Origin: Candidatus Eiseniibacteriota bacterium
Lineage (GTDB): Bacteria > Eisenbacteria > RBG-16-71-46 > CAIMUX01
NCBI GenBank assembly: GCA_016712505.1
Contig: JADJQY010000042.1
Span: 269,809-333,808 of the forward strand
DNA length: 64,000 bases
Reading direction: 5' to 3'
Both the position numbers and the translations under genes were made by a program. Positions 45,930-54,761 of this stretch are shown piece by piece. Under the pieces are notes generated by a model that was not told where the DNA came from, did not search any database, and saw nothing but the letters and a program-made list of their open reading frames with translations. How positions within the stretch are numbered: position 1 is the first letter of the stretch; each line of letters begins with the position of its first letter.

Positions 45930-47357
45930 GAGATCAAGCGGATCCACGACCACCTCTGGGAGATCCCTCGCCAGGGAGGGATGCGTGTACCCGGCCGGAT
46001 CTACGCCAGCCGGACGCTGCTCGAGCAGATCCGGGGCGAAGGGGGCGTGCAGCAGGTGATGAACGTCGCCCACCTGCCCGGGATCGTCGGTTACTCCCTC
46101 GCCATGCCGGACATTCACTGGGGCTACGGCTTCCCGATCGGCGGGGTCGCCGCCACCGATCCCGAGGACGGCGGCGTGATCTCGCCGGGAGGTGTGGGCT
46201 ACGACATCAACTGCGGCGTCCGGCTCTGCGTGGCGCCGCTCGATCTCGCCGACCTCAAGCCGCGCATCGAGAAGGTCGTCCAGACCCTGTTCGCGAAGAT
46301 CCCCTGCGGCGTCGGTTCGACCGGTGGAATCGGTGCCGTATCGAAGAAGGAACTCGAGCAGGTGATGACCCAGGGGGCGCGCTGGTCGATCGGTCGCGGC
46401 TACGGACGCATGTCCGACCTCGAACAGACCGAGGAGCGCGGCTGTCTACACGAGGCCGATCCCGCGGCGATCTCCGATCGGGCCAGGGAGCGCGGCCTCG
46501 AGCAGATCGGCACACTGGGCAGCGGGAACCACTTCGTCGAACTCGAGGTGATCGAGGAGATCTTCGACCGGCCGGTGGCCCAGGCCCTCGGGCTCCGCGA
46601 GGGAGGGATCACGATCCTCATCCACACGGGTTCACGCGGGTTCGGCTATCAAGTGTGCGACGACTATCTGCGCGTGATGGCGCGCGGGGCGGAGCGCTAC
46701 AAGATTCAACTCCCCGATCGCCAGCTGGCGTGCGTGCCCGTCGGCTCGCCCGAGGGGCAGGGTTACTGGAAGGCGATGTCGGCCGCGGCGAACTTTGCCT
46801 GGGCCAACCGCCAGGCAATCATGGGGCTGGCCGAGGAAGCGCTGCAGGAGGCGCTCGGGCTCAATCCCCACCAGATGCGGCTCCAACTCATCTACGACGT
46901 CTGCCACAACGTGGCCAAGATGGAGACGCATCGGGTCGACGGGGTCGACCGCCGGCTCTGCATCCACCGCAAGGGGGCCACCCGCGCCCACGTGCCGCGC
47001 GGACAGAAGAGTCCCTGGAGCTTCGGCCAGCCAGTCATCGTCCCGGGCGACATGGGGAGCGCATCGTACCTCTGCATCGGAACCGAGCGCTCGCTCGACG
47101 AGACCTGGGGCTCCACCTGCCACGGCGCAGGTCGCGTCCTCTCGCGCAGCGCGGCGAAGAGGAAGTTCGCCGGGCGAGACCTGATCGGCGAGCTGCGTGA
47201 CGACGGCATCACCGTCATGGCGCGCGGGCTGGCGACCGTGGCCGAAGAGATGCGCGGGGCCTACAAAGACGTCTCGCAGGTGGTCGACACCATGGAGGCC
47301 GCGGGTATCTCAACCAAGGTTGCCCGGCTCCGCCCGATCGGCGTCATCAAGGGATAG
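45930..47357 (+). CDS. rtcB: RNA-splicing ligase RtcB
   Basis: Metal-ligand His/Cys motifs (GYDINCGVR, GSGNHF, CHNVAKMETH, GSTCHGAGR). I trimmed the start to MEIKRIH, immediately after the dedA stop. Confidence 0.9.
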   Translation, partial: EIKRIHDHLWEIPRQGGMRVPGRIYASRTLLEQIRGEGGVQQVMNVAHLPGIVGYSLAMPDIHWGYGFPIGGVAATDPEDGGVISPGGVGYDINCGVRLCVAPLDLADLKPRIEKVVQTLFAKIPCGVGSTGGIGAVSKKELEQVMTQGARWSIGRGYGRMSDLEQTEERGCLHEADPAAISDRARERGLEQIGTLGSGNHFVELEVIEEIFDRPVAQALGLREGGITILIHTGSRGFGYQVCDDYLRVMARGAERYKIQLPDRQLACVPVGSPEGQGYWKAMSAAANFAWANRQAIMGLAEEALQEALGLNPHQMRLQLIYDVCHNVAKMETHRVDGVDRRLCIHRKGATRAHVPRGQKSPWSFGQPVIVPGDMGSASYLCIGTERSLDETWGSTCHGAGRVLSRSAAKRKFAGRDLIGELRDDGITVMARGLATVAEEMRGAYKDVSQVVDTMEAAGISTKVARLRPIGVIKG

Positions 47358-48065
47358 GGGCGCGGAAACCACGCGATCCTCACCATCTCGATCTGGACAG
47401 GCCGCGCCGAGAGGAGTACTCTTCCGCGCATCGGAACACCCGCCGTTCCACGCAATGGGGCTCATGCGCGACGACCGAACGTGGGCGGGGAGATCTTGTG
47501 AAGCCGGTCCGTGACGAGGTACGCCCTCGCACCGACGGCAACCAACGGTCCCTCGCTACCGAGCGGCGGTCCGTGGAACCGACCCGTTTGGGTCGGGGTC
47601 TCGACCGGTTAGAGCCCCTTCCCCCTCCCGACCAAACCTGGGGCTCTGATCGTTTCGTGTCGCCCCGGCCCAATTTCACTCGACGACACGGTTGGTGATC
47701 GCTTCGAGCAGAAGCGTATCGAGCACTTTGGAGGTCTCATTGGTCCCCACTTCGCAGCTCCAGCACGCACCGTGATCGCACAGGTTGCGAGCCTCGGCTC
47801 GCAACACCAGGCCACGAGGTCGTGGTAGGAGGGGCGTGGGCGGACACTCGCCCCCTCTCCCGATCTGCGTACGGTCGAGGCGTGGTCGAAGGGTACCCGT
47901 CGCGGACGTGAGCCCACCGCGAAACCGGTGAGCGCGCGATTGCGTTCGGCTTGTGCCGATCGGCCACGCCTTCTATTCTTCCCGCCCAATGTCCTCTCCA
48001 CCTGAAAGCCCTCCGATCGAGAGGCCGAACGTTCCGTCGATCCCACTGGGCGAGCGGGGGCTGGT

Positions 48066-48830
48066 ATGAGCGAGTTGGCCATCCTCACCGCCGCGCTCTC
48101 GCCCGGAGTGTTCCTCCTCTTCGTCTTCTTGCGCATGGACCGCTTCCCCGAACCGCGCGGCGTGGTGCTTCGCACCTTCGTTCTCGGCATGGTGGTGGTG
48201 GCCCCGCTCGTCTTGGCCAGCATCTTCTTCACCCCGGTGCTCCTGGTGCTCGCCGGTACACCTGCGGCGGGTGCCTTCAAAGCCCTCTTCATGGCCGGCG
48301 TCCTCGAAGAGCTGGCCAAGTTCTGGGTGCTCTGGGGCTACTGCATGCGCCACTCGGCCTTCGATGAACCGATGGACGGACTGGTCTATGGCCTGACCGC
48401 GTCGCTCGGGTTCGCCTGCCTGGAGAATGTGATGTATCTCCACGCCGCCGGCGGCGAGTGGGCCTCCGTGGCCATCGCCCGCGCGCTCCTCGCCGTCCCC
48501 AGTCACGGATTCAACGGAGCGATCATGGGCTACTACGCCGCTCGCGGCCGGTTCAACCCCGCGCTCCGCGCCGACAGTTATCGAAAGGCGCTCCTGATCC
48601 CGATGGCCCTCCACGGTGCCTACGACCTCGGTCCGCTGATCCTCCAGGAAGTCGCAACCGACGAAGGTTCCCCTCTCGCCATCCTCGGCGGACTCCTCGC
48701 GCTGGTCGCGGTCGTGGGGATCGTGCTCTTCGAGGTCGCCTGGACCATCCGGCTCTTCCGTCGCCAGCGGGCCGCGCAGATCGCCCCCCCGCCGTTGCCC
48801 GAGATCCCCTGGACGCCCCCGGTCGCCTGA
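48066..48830 (+). CDS. prsW: PrsW-family intramembrane metalloprotease
   Basis: Conserved EExxK (VLEELAKF), FxxxE (FACLENV) and HxxxD/HGAYD motifs within a multi-TM protein. Confidence 0.7.
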   Translation: MSELAILTAALSPGVFLLFVFLRMDRFPEPRGVVLRTFVLGMVVVAPLVLASIFFTPVLLVLAGTPAAGAFKALFMAGVLEELAKFWVLWGYCMRHSAFDEPMDGLVYGLTASLGFACLENVMYLHAAGGEWASVAIARALLAVPSHGFNGAIMGYYAARGRFNPALRADSYRKALLIPMALHGAYDLGPLILQEVATDEGSPLAILGGLLALVAVVGIVLFEVAWTIRLFRRQRAAQIAPPPLPEIPWTPPVA

Positions 48831-48938
48831 ACTCCCGCCCGGCCCGGTCGTGGTGTACCATGCCCGCTTTCCGACTCGGTCGGGCCCCCGGTCGGACCAT
48901 CTCTCGATGACATCCGTTCCGTAACGAAGAGGAGACGC

Positions 48939-49562
48939 GTGGATCCCAACCAGAGCAGCCCACCTCAGGCCCTCGAGTCTGCCGGAGCGTCGGACTGGCG
49001 GAGACGCCGGGCGATCTTCGTACTCAGCTTCCTGGCCATCAGCGTGGTGATCGATCAACTGCTCAAGCAGCTCGCTTCGGCCAAGCTCAAGCATCATCCG
49101 GCCATCTCCTGGCTGGGAGACATGATCCGGTTCGAGTACGCCGAGAACCCGGGGGCGTTCCTCAGCCTCGGCGCCGGCCTCTCCCCCGAGGCGCGCTTCG
49201 TGATTCTGACCATGCTGGTCGGAATCGTGCTCCTGGGAGCGCTCATCTACCTGTTCGTGAGCCGTGACCTCAATCGCCCCACGCTCATCGGCCTATCGCT
49301 GCTGACCAGCGGCGGAATCGGCAACTTCATCGACCGCGCCTGGAACCACGGTCACGTCATCGATTACGTGGTCGTCGGGATCGGTGCGCTGCGCACCGGG
49401 ATCTTCAACTTCGCCGATCTCTGCATCACCACGGGGACGCTCGTCCTGGTCTTCTCCGCATTTCACCGGAAGCCGCAGGCCGATCCCGGAGGGGCGGCAG
49501 AGACCCGACCGACCGAACCGAGCCCACAGACCCCGACCACACCGTTCGATCAACGACCGTAA
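48939..49562 (+). CDS. lspA: Lipoprotein signal peptidase II
   Basis: Catalytic Asp motifs GGIGNFIDR and FNFADLCIT. Four TM helices. The C-terminus is a Pro/Thr-rich tail. Confidence 0.8.
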   Translation: MDPNQSSPPQALESAGASDWRRRRAIFVLSFLAISVVIDQLLKQLASAKLKHHPAISWLGDMIRFEYAENPGAFLSLGAGLSPEARFVILTMLVGIVLLGALIYLFVSRDLNRPTLIGLSLLTSGGIGNFIDRAWNHGHVIDYVVVGIGALRTGIFNFADLCITTGTLVLVFSAFHRKPQADPGGAAETRPTEPSPQTPTTPFDQRP

Positions 49563-49592
49563 AGACGCGAGCCTCGCTCGCACGGAGGATCG

Positions 49593-50564
49593 ATGCAAAC
49601 CACCCGCCTCGGCCGGACCGGACTCCAGGTCAGCCGTCTCTGTCTCGGCACCATGAACTTCGGACCGCTGACGCCGGAGCCCGAGAGTTTCGCCATCATG
49701 GACCGCTCCCTGGAACTGGGTTTCAACTTCTTCGATACGGCCAACGTCTACGGAGGTAAGTCCGGGCGCGGCGCCACCGAGGAGATCGTCGGTCGCTGGT
49801 TCGCCCAGGGGGGAGGGCGGCGCGAGCGGGTGGTCCTCGCCACCAAGGTGTACGGCCGGATGGGCGACCACCCCAACATGGGGCGGTGCTCGGCGTTTCA
49901 CATCCGTCAAGCCTGTGAGGAGAGCCTGAAGCGCCTCCGCACCGATCACATCGACCTCTACCAGATGCACCACATCGACCGGGACACACCGTGGGATGAA
50001 GTCTGGCAGGCGATGGACCAGCTCGTCGCCCAGGGGAAGGTGCTCTACGTAGGCAGTAGCAACTTTGCTGCCTGGCACATCGCCCAGGCCAACGGCGTCG
50101 CCTCCGCGCGGCACTCGCTCGGATTGGTGTCCGAGCAGAGTCTTTACAATCTCACCGCTCGGACGATCGAACTCGAGGTGCTTCCCGCCTGCCAGAGCCT
50201 CGGCGTCGCCATGCTCCCCTGGAGCCCGCTGGGCGGTGGGATGCTCGGTGGCATCCTGGCCAAGACCGATGGCGGCCGCCGCGCCACCGAGATGGTGCAG
50301 AAGCGAATCGAGACCTATCGCCCGCAGCTCGAGCGGTTCGAGACGCTGTGCAAGGCGCTCGGAGAGTCCCCCGCCGACGTCGCGGTCGCCTGGCTGCTGC
50401 ACCAACCGGCGGTCACCTCCCCGATCATCGGGCCGCGGACCATGGACCAGCTCACCGGCGCGCTCCGGGCCACCGAGATCACCCTCTCGGAGGAGTCGCT
50501 GAAGACTCTCGACGAGATCTGGCCTGGCCCCGGCGGGGCGGCGCCCGAGGCGTATGCTTGGTGA
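49593..50564 (+). CDS. Aldo/keto reductase (Kv-beta/YajO-like)
   Basis: RLGRTGLQVSRLCLGTMNFG...FFDTANVYG are canonical AKR family motifs. Confidence 0.85.
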   Translation: MQTTRLGRTGLQVSRLCLGTMNFGPLTPEPESFAIMDRSLELGFNFFDTANVYGGKSGRGATEEIVGRWFAQGGGRRERVVLATKVYGRMGDHPNMGRCSAFHIRQACEESLKRLRTDHIDLYQMHHIDRDTPWDEVWQAMDQLVAQGKVLYVGSSNFAAWHIAQANGVASARHSLGLVSEQSLYNLTARTIELEVLPACQSLGVAMLPWSPLGGGMLGGILAKTDGGRRATEMVQKRIETYRPQLERFETLCKALGESPADVAVAWLLHQPAVTSPIIGPRTMDQLTGALRATEITLSEESLKTLDEIWPGPGGAAPEAYAW

Positions 50565-50626
50565 GGGACCGGCCTTTCGGTCGCAATGCGGCTGGGACTC
50601 TGTCTTTGTGGCCGGAGTGGTATCGA

Positions 50627-50833
50627 ATGGATGGGGCAGGAGACCCTCCGCTTTCGCTCGAGGGGAAGCTTGAACTCGCGCGGCAGGTCTTCCGCGAACT
50701 GCACCCGCAGTGCTTCTGGAACTTGCGCTCGGATCTCGAGCTGCAAGCCGAGGATCTCGACGAGGTCATCCGCGGGCTCCGCGCGCACGGTGGGCGTCGC
50801 GGCTTCCTCTTGGCGGCCCGACTAGGCCGCTGA
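50627..50833 (+). CDS. Possible small hypothetical protein (68 aa)
   Basis: It begins MDGAGDPPLSLEGKLELARQVFRELHPQCFWNLRSDLELQAEDLDEVIRGLRAHGG.... Composition is non-junk, unlike the surrounding Arg-rich spurious ORFs. It has no recognisable domain or RBS support. Confidence 0.2.
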   Translation: MDGAGDPPLSLEGKLELARQVFRELHPQCFWNLRSDLELQAEDLDEVIRGLRAHGGRRGFLLAARLGR

Positions 50834-50952
50834 CCAGCCGCCCGGCCATTGGCCGAGAATGGTGATTATTCATGTCCGATGCGGGCCTCACGCGTCGCCA
50901 CTGGGGGGGGAGTCGAAGCAACCCATCCCCCAAGTCGCGGAGGTTACCGTTC

Positions 50953-53919
50953 ATGGATCGTTCTTGCCTGCCCCACTGCGCGCATCGGAGCACCCCCTCC
51001 ACGAGGGGACGCTGGGCCGTACCGTCGGCCAGGCTAGCGGCCGCACTGCTTCTCGCAACCCCGCTGGCCGTCCCCGCGGCCGCTCCGCAGCTGCTGCTCG
51101 ATCAGGTGATCGGAAGCAGTCGAATCGAGAGTCCGGTTCGGCGGAATGCCAGTACCTTCGTCGGGATCGAAGGACCGAACTACGGCATCGCGCGGTACCA
51201 CCCGACCGCGGGTTGGTCGGTGATCACCGCTCCTCCAATGAAGTCCGAGGTCTACCCGTTACTGGTCGGTGATCAGGTCTACTTCTGGGGCACGCCATCG
51301 TATGTCGATGACCGGCGTCGGCTCTATCGGGTCGACGGCGACACCGCGGTCGAGCTGGCGGTGACGAGCGATCCGAGCTCCGACCGGGAGATCCGCTCGC
51401 TCAACGGTCTGGCCCTGTTCGTCCTCGGCGACCCGGCGCACGGAACGGAACTCTGGGTCAGCGATGGCACGCCGGGAGGCACGGAGTTGCTGCTCGACCT
51501 CAACCCCAGCGGAAGCTCGGTCCCCCGTCTGGGGGCCGCGAGCGCCGGCTACATTTACTTCCGTGCCTACGATCCGACTCATGGCTCGGAGCTGTGGCGC
51601 ACCGATGGCACTCCCGGAGGTACGACGTTGGTCGCGGATCTCGTCCCCGGCGTGGACGGTTCCTTCCCGGACGATTTCACCGAAGTGAACGGGCTCGTTG
51701 TCTTCACGGCCCGAACTTCGGTCGTCGGGGAGGAACTTCACCGCACGGATGGCACCTCCGCGGGCACCTACCTGATACGCGACCTGTACCCGGGCGTGTG
51801 GGGTTCCGACCCCGCTCAACTCGCATCGATCGACGGATGGGTCTACTTCGCGGCGCGCACGCCGACCGAGGGAATCGAGCCGCATCGGACCAACGGGAAC
51901 GTCATCCAGCTGGTGCGCGATGTCGATCCCGGCGCTGCCTGGTCCTGGCCGAGCGGGTTCTTCGGCTATGACGGTGAGGTCTACTTCGCTGCATTCCAGG
52001 ATGCGACCGGCTTCGAGCTCTGGAAGACCAACGGCCTCTCTTCCGGGACGTCGTTGGTTCTGGATGCCAGCCCCGGCATCGGGTCGGTCGCGCCGCACTC
52101 GTTTCGAGAGGTCGACGGCGTGCTCTATTACCTGGGCTATCGTGACGGGGGGAGCAATGAACTCTGGCGCACTGAGGGAACCGGCGGGAGTACGTCTCGC
52201 ATCGTGCTCTATCCCGGTGTCGAGGAGGAGGTCAGCGCCTTCTTCGACGATGGCAGCCGGTTGATCGTCGGGGCCAACGACGGCACGACGGTGGGTCACG
52301 AGCCGCGTCGCTACAATCCGGCCAACGGAAACCTCACTCTCTCCGCCGATCTCAATCCCGAGAGCGACGCGAACAACGAGATGCTCGCCCCCTACGGCGA
52401 CGATCTGCTTGCCGTCCAGGAGAGCTATCTGCACGGCCGCGATCTCTCGCTCTACTTCCTGAATGACCTGGACGCATCCGGCTCGTTCGACACCGGTGGC
52501 GGGCGAGAGTCGAACTTCCCGGTCGGAGCGAAGTACGCCATCTCGGGAGAAATGCTCTACTTCATCCAGTGGCAGATCGATCTCGGCCTCGAGATCGCGG
52601 TGTGGGACGGCGACGATCTGTATGAGATCGACCTCTTCGCTGGTCCCGAGGGATCGGAGCCGAGCGACCTCGCGGTCACCGCCGATGGTCGCTGCTTCTT
52701 CATCGCCCGGCGCGACGACGGCGCCACCTACGGCCTCTATCGCCTCACGCCTCCTCCAAATCCCACTCCGGTCCTGGTCGCGTCGTTCGGGGACATCACG
52801 CCGCGCGATCTCGTGGCACTCGGAAACCAGGTGGTCTTCGTCGCCACCGATCCAGGCGGGGGTGAGGACCTCTGGGTGTCGAACGGAACCCAGGCGCGCC
52901 GGATCCTGGACATCGAGCCAGGCCCCGGTACCGCAGCTCCGGCCGATCTCACCGTCGTGGGCGATCAGCTTTACTTCACCGCCGCGACCGCGGCGGCCGG
53001 TCGTGAGCTTTGGGTCACCGATGGCTCCGAGGAAGGAACCCATCTCGTCACCGACCTGGTTCCGGGGCCTGCGAGTTCGGGCGTCGGGCAACTCACAGCC
53101 GGCCTGCCCTACCTGTACCTCACCGCTACCACGTCTGCGACCGGGCTCGAACTCTGGCGCGCCACTTCCGCCGGCATCGAGGCGCTGGCGGAGATCGTGC
53201 CCGGCCCGGGAAGCGGCACACCGACCGACCTCGCCTTCTGCGGATCCCGGCTCCGCTTCAGCGCCGACGACGGGAGCGGTCGCGGACGTGAACCCTGGTC
53301 GCTCACCGGGGAGCGCACACCCGTCTTGACCTTCGATCTGAATCCCGGCGCCGGCTCGTCCAATCCGCGCGACTTCGGCGACCACCTGGGCGCAACCTAC
53401 TTCACGGCAGACAACGGGAGCTTCGGACGCGAGCTCTGGCGGGTCGCCGGCGGTACGCTGGAAGCGGTGAGCGAATCGATCGTGCCCGGCGCCGCCTCGT
53501 CGGCGGTCGGCGATCGCGCCACCGTCGGCTCGAAGCTCTACTTCGTCGCCGAGAGCGCCGCCTTCGGCCGCGAGATCTGGTGGGTCAGCGATCCCGGCGG
53601 CGCCGCCGACACCCCCACCGCTCCCATGCTCCTCACGCCTCCCGCCCCCGGCCTCGCCCTCTCGGTCGGCCCGAATCCGTTCGTCGACCAGCTCGATCTG
53701 CGCTTCCGTCTCCCCCAGGCCAGCCCGGTTCGGGTGTCACTCATTGATGTAGGCGGCCGGGAACTCGAGCGGCGGTCGTTCACCCACCTCGATGTAGGGG
53801 CTCATCAGATCCCCTGGCCGATCAACCATCCCACGGCCCGGCGCGGCGCCGGCGTGCTCTTCGTGCGCATCGAGGCCGCCGGTCTGACCGAGGTCCGGAA
53901 GGTGCTTCGGGTGAGGTGA
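50953..53919 (+). CDS. Giant secreted ELWxxDGT-repeat protein with a T9SS C-terminal sorting domain
   Basis: About 17 tandem ~50-aa repeats centred on ELW(R/K/V)(T/S)DGT..GT.LV (TIGR04534-like). Signal peptide. The C-terminus (SVGPNPFVDQLDLRFRL...GVLFVRIEAAG) is a T9SS CTD. Confidence 0.75.
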   Translation: MDRSCLPHCAHRSTPSTRGRWAVPSARLAAALLLATPLAVPAAAPQLLLDQVIGSSRIESPVRRNASTFVGIEGPNYGIARYHPTAGWSVITAPPMKSEVYPLLVGDQVYFWGTPSYVDDRRRLYRVDGDTAVELAVTSDPSSDREIRSLNGLALFVLGDPAHGTELWVSDGTPGGTELLLDLNPSGSSVPRLGAASAGYIYFRAYDPTHGSELWRTDGTPGGTTLVADLVPGVDGSFPDDFTEVNGLVVFTARTSVVGEELHRTDGTSAGTYLIRDLYPGVWGSDPAQLASIDGWVYFAARTPTEGIEPHRTNGNVIQLVRDVDPGAAWSWPSGFFGYDGEVYFAAFQDATGFELWKTNGLSSGTSLVLDASPGIGSVAPHSFREVDGVLYYLGYRDGGSNELWRTEGTGGSTSRIVLYPGVEEEVSAFFDDGSRLIVGANDGTTVGHEPRRYNPANGNLTLSADLNPESDANNEMLAPYGDDLLAVQESYLHGRDLSLYFLNDLDASGSFDTGGGRESNFPVGAKYAISGEMLYFIQWQIDLGLEIAVWDGDDLYEIDLFAGPEGSEPSDLAVTADGRCFFIARRDDGATYGLYRLTPPPNPTPVLVASFGDITPRDLVALGNQVVFVATDPGGGEDLWVSNGTQARRILDIEPGPGTAAPADLTVVGDQLYFTAATAAAGRELWVTDGSEEGTHLVTDLVPGPASSGVGQLTAGLPYLYLTATTSATGLELWRATSAGIEALAEIVPGPGSGTPTDLAFCGSRLRFSADDGSGRGREPWSLTGERTPVLTFDLNPGAGSSNPRDFGDHLGATYFTADNGSFGRELWRVAGGTLEAVSESIVPGAASSAVGDRATVGSKLYFVAESAAFGREIWWVSDPGGAADTPTAPMLLTPPAPGLALSVGPNPFVDQLDLRFRLPQASPVRVSLIDVGGRELERRSFTHLDVGAHQIPWPINHPTARRGAGVLFVRIEAAGLTEVRKVLRVR

Positions 53920-53949
53920 GGCGAGGTGCGACCCCGCGGCGGGCGACCG

Positions 53950-54025
53950 TGCGGCCGGGCGGCCGGGCGGCGGGCGCCGGGCGGCGGGCGGCGGGCGGCG
54001 GGCGGCGGGCGACCGGGCGGCAGGG
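53950..54025. repeat. Simple (GGCGGGC)n-like tandem repeat
   Basis: About 10 direct copies of GGCGGGC/GGCCGGGC, immediately after the stop of the ELWxxDGT gene. Confidence 0.6.
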
Positions 54026-54471
54026 GGGCAGCGCGAACGGCGGCGGAGTCGGGTGCGATGGAGCGGGGAAGAACGAGGCGCGGGCGTGCGGGACGCGGCA
54101 CGGGAGGCGCCGGTGGCGACCTGTGGTGCGTCTCCAGGTATGCCGCCGGCACCTGTCGAGCCGGAGGAGGTGCTCCGGTTGGCGTTGCTGCCGTGGGGAC
54201 CGCCGGAGTCACCGCAGCCACGGTCGCGACCGCAACGTTTCGCAGTGCGATCTTCGATAGGCTTCTCAACAAGCCACCCCGCGCGAGCGGATCGACATCA
54301 TCGGAACCCACGGGACCCTTGGAGCGAGAGGAGGTCGGCACTCGGGCACGTCACCACCGGAAACCTGGCAGAAGACGATGCGCATCTCAGGTTCCGAGCG
54401 CCAGTCGAAACCGCGCCACGCAGCCCCGGGAGAAGGCCAGTGGCCACCGCCAGCACCGCGGCCACCGGGGC

Positions 54472-54493
54472 GAACTCGTCCCGGGACGAGTTC
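54472..54493. repeat. Perfect 22-bp palindrome GAACTCGTCCCGGGACGAGTTC (copy 1 of 2), followed by an AT-rich island (54494..54570)
   Basis: It is exact reverse-complement self-identity. The 20-bp core AACTCGTCCCGGGACGAGTT recurs at 60469..60488. Confidence 0.7.
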
Positions 54494-54761
54494 ACCTCAT
54501 TCTACAACACGTTACAATTCCAATCATCGAAATAACATATCTCATAATGGTAGCTAGAGTAGGGACCTGAACATCCGTGTCCGCTGGTAGCTGGCCGTGT
54601 CCCCTCCTGTCCACGGTCACCCACGATTGGCGCCTGCCCGGACCGGTCGGCGAATCGGGTCCTGTCACACCTGCCCCGATCACGCAGAACATCAGGAGCG
54701 GCCCCGGTGTGTCGACCCGATGAGACGGCTATCGCGAGCGCCCGCCGTGCGGCAACCCAGG

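Noticed and set aside
47358-48065. Specific ncRNA calls (RNase P RNA, tmRNA, SRP RNA, tRNA) in the long gap after rtcB
   Set aside because: Hallmark motifs I could recognise by eye are absent on both strands. These are the RNase P P4 strings GGAAAGUCCGG / ACAGAACCCGGCUUA, the tmRNA 3' GGUUCGAUUCC…CCA, and the tRNA T-loop GTTCGAATC. I kept it only as an unexplained non-coding region.
54472-54493. Calling the 22-bp palindromes rho-independent terminators
   Set aside because: Neither copy is followed or preceded by a U/T-tract. The exact 20-bp core is repeated 6 kb apart. Copy 2 lies in a 5' leader rather than a 3' end. This is more consistent with a protein-binding palindrome or repeat element.
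54053-54535. ORFs in the 53.9-54.76 kb gap (54053..54535 +, 53805..54341 -, 54298..54495 -)
   Set aside because: All are composition-driven (Pro/Arg/Ala-rich). They run through the GGCGGGC microsatellite or the palindrome (the recurring NSSRDEF peptide is just the palindrome translated). No RBS or homology.
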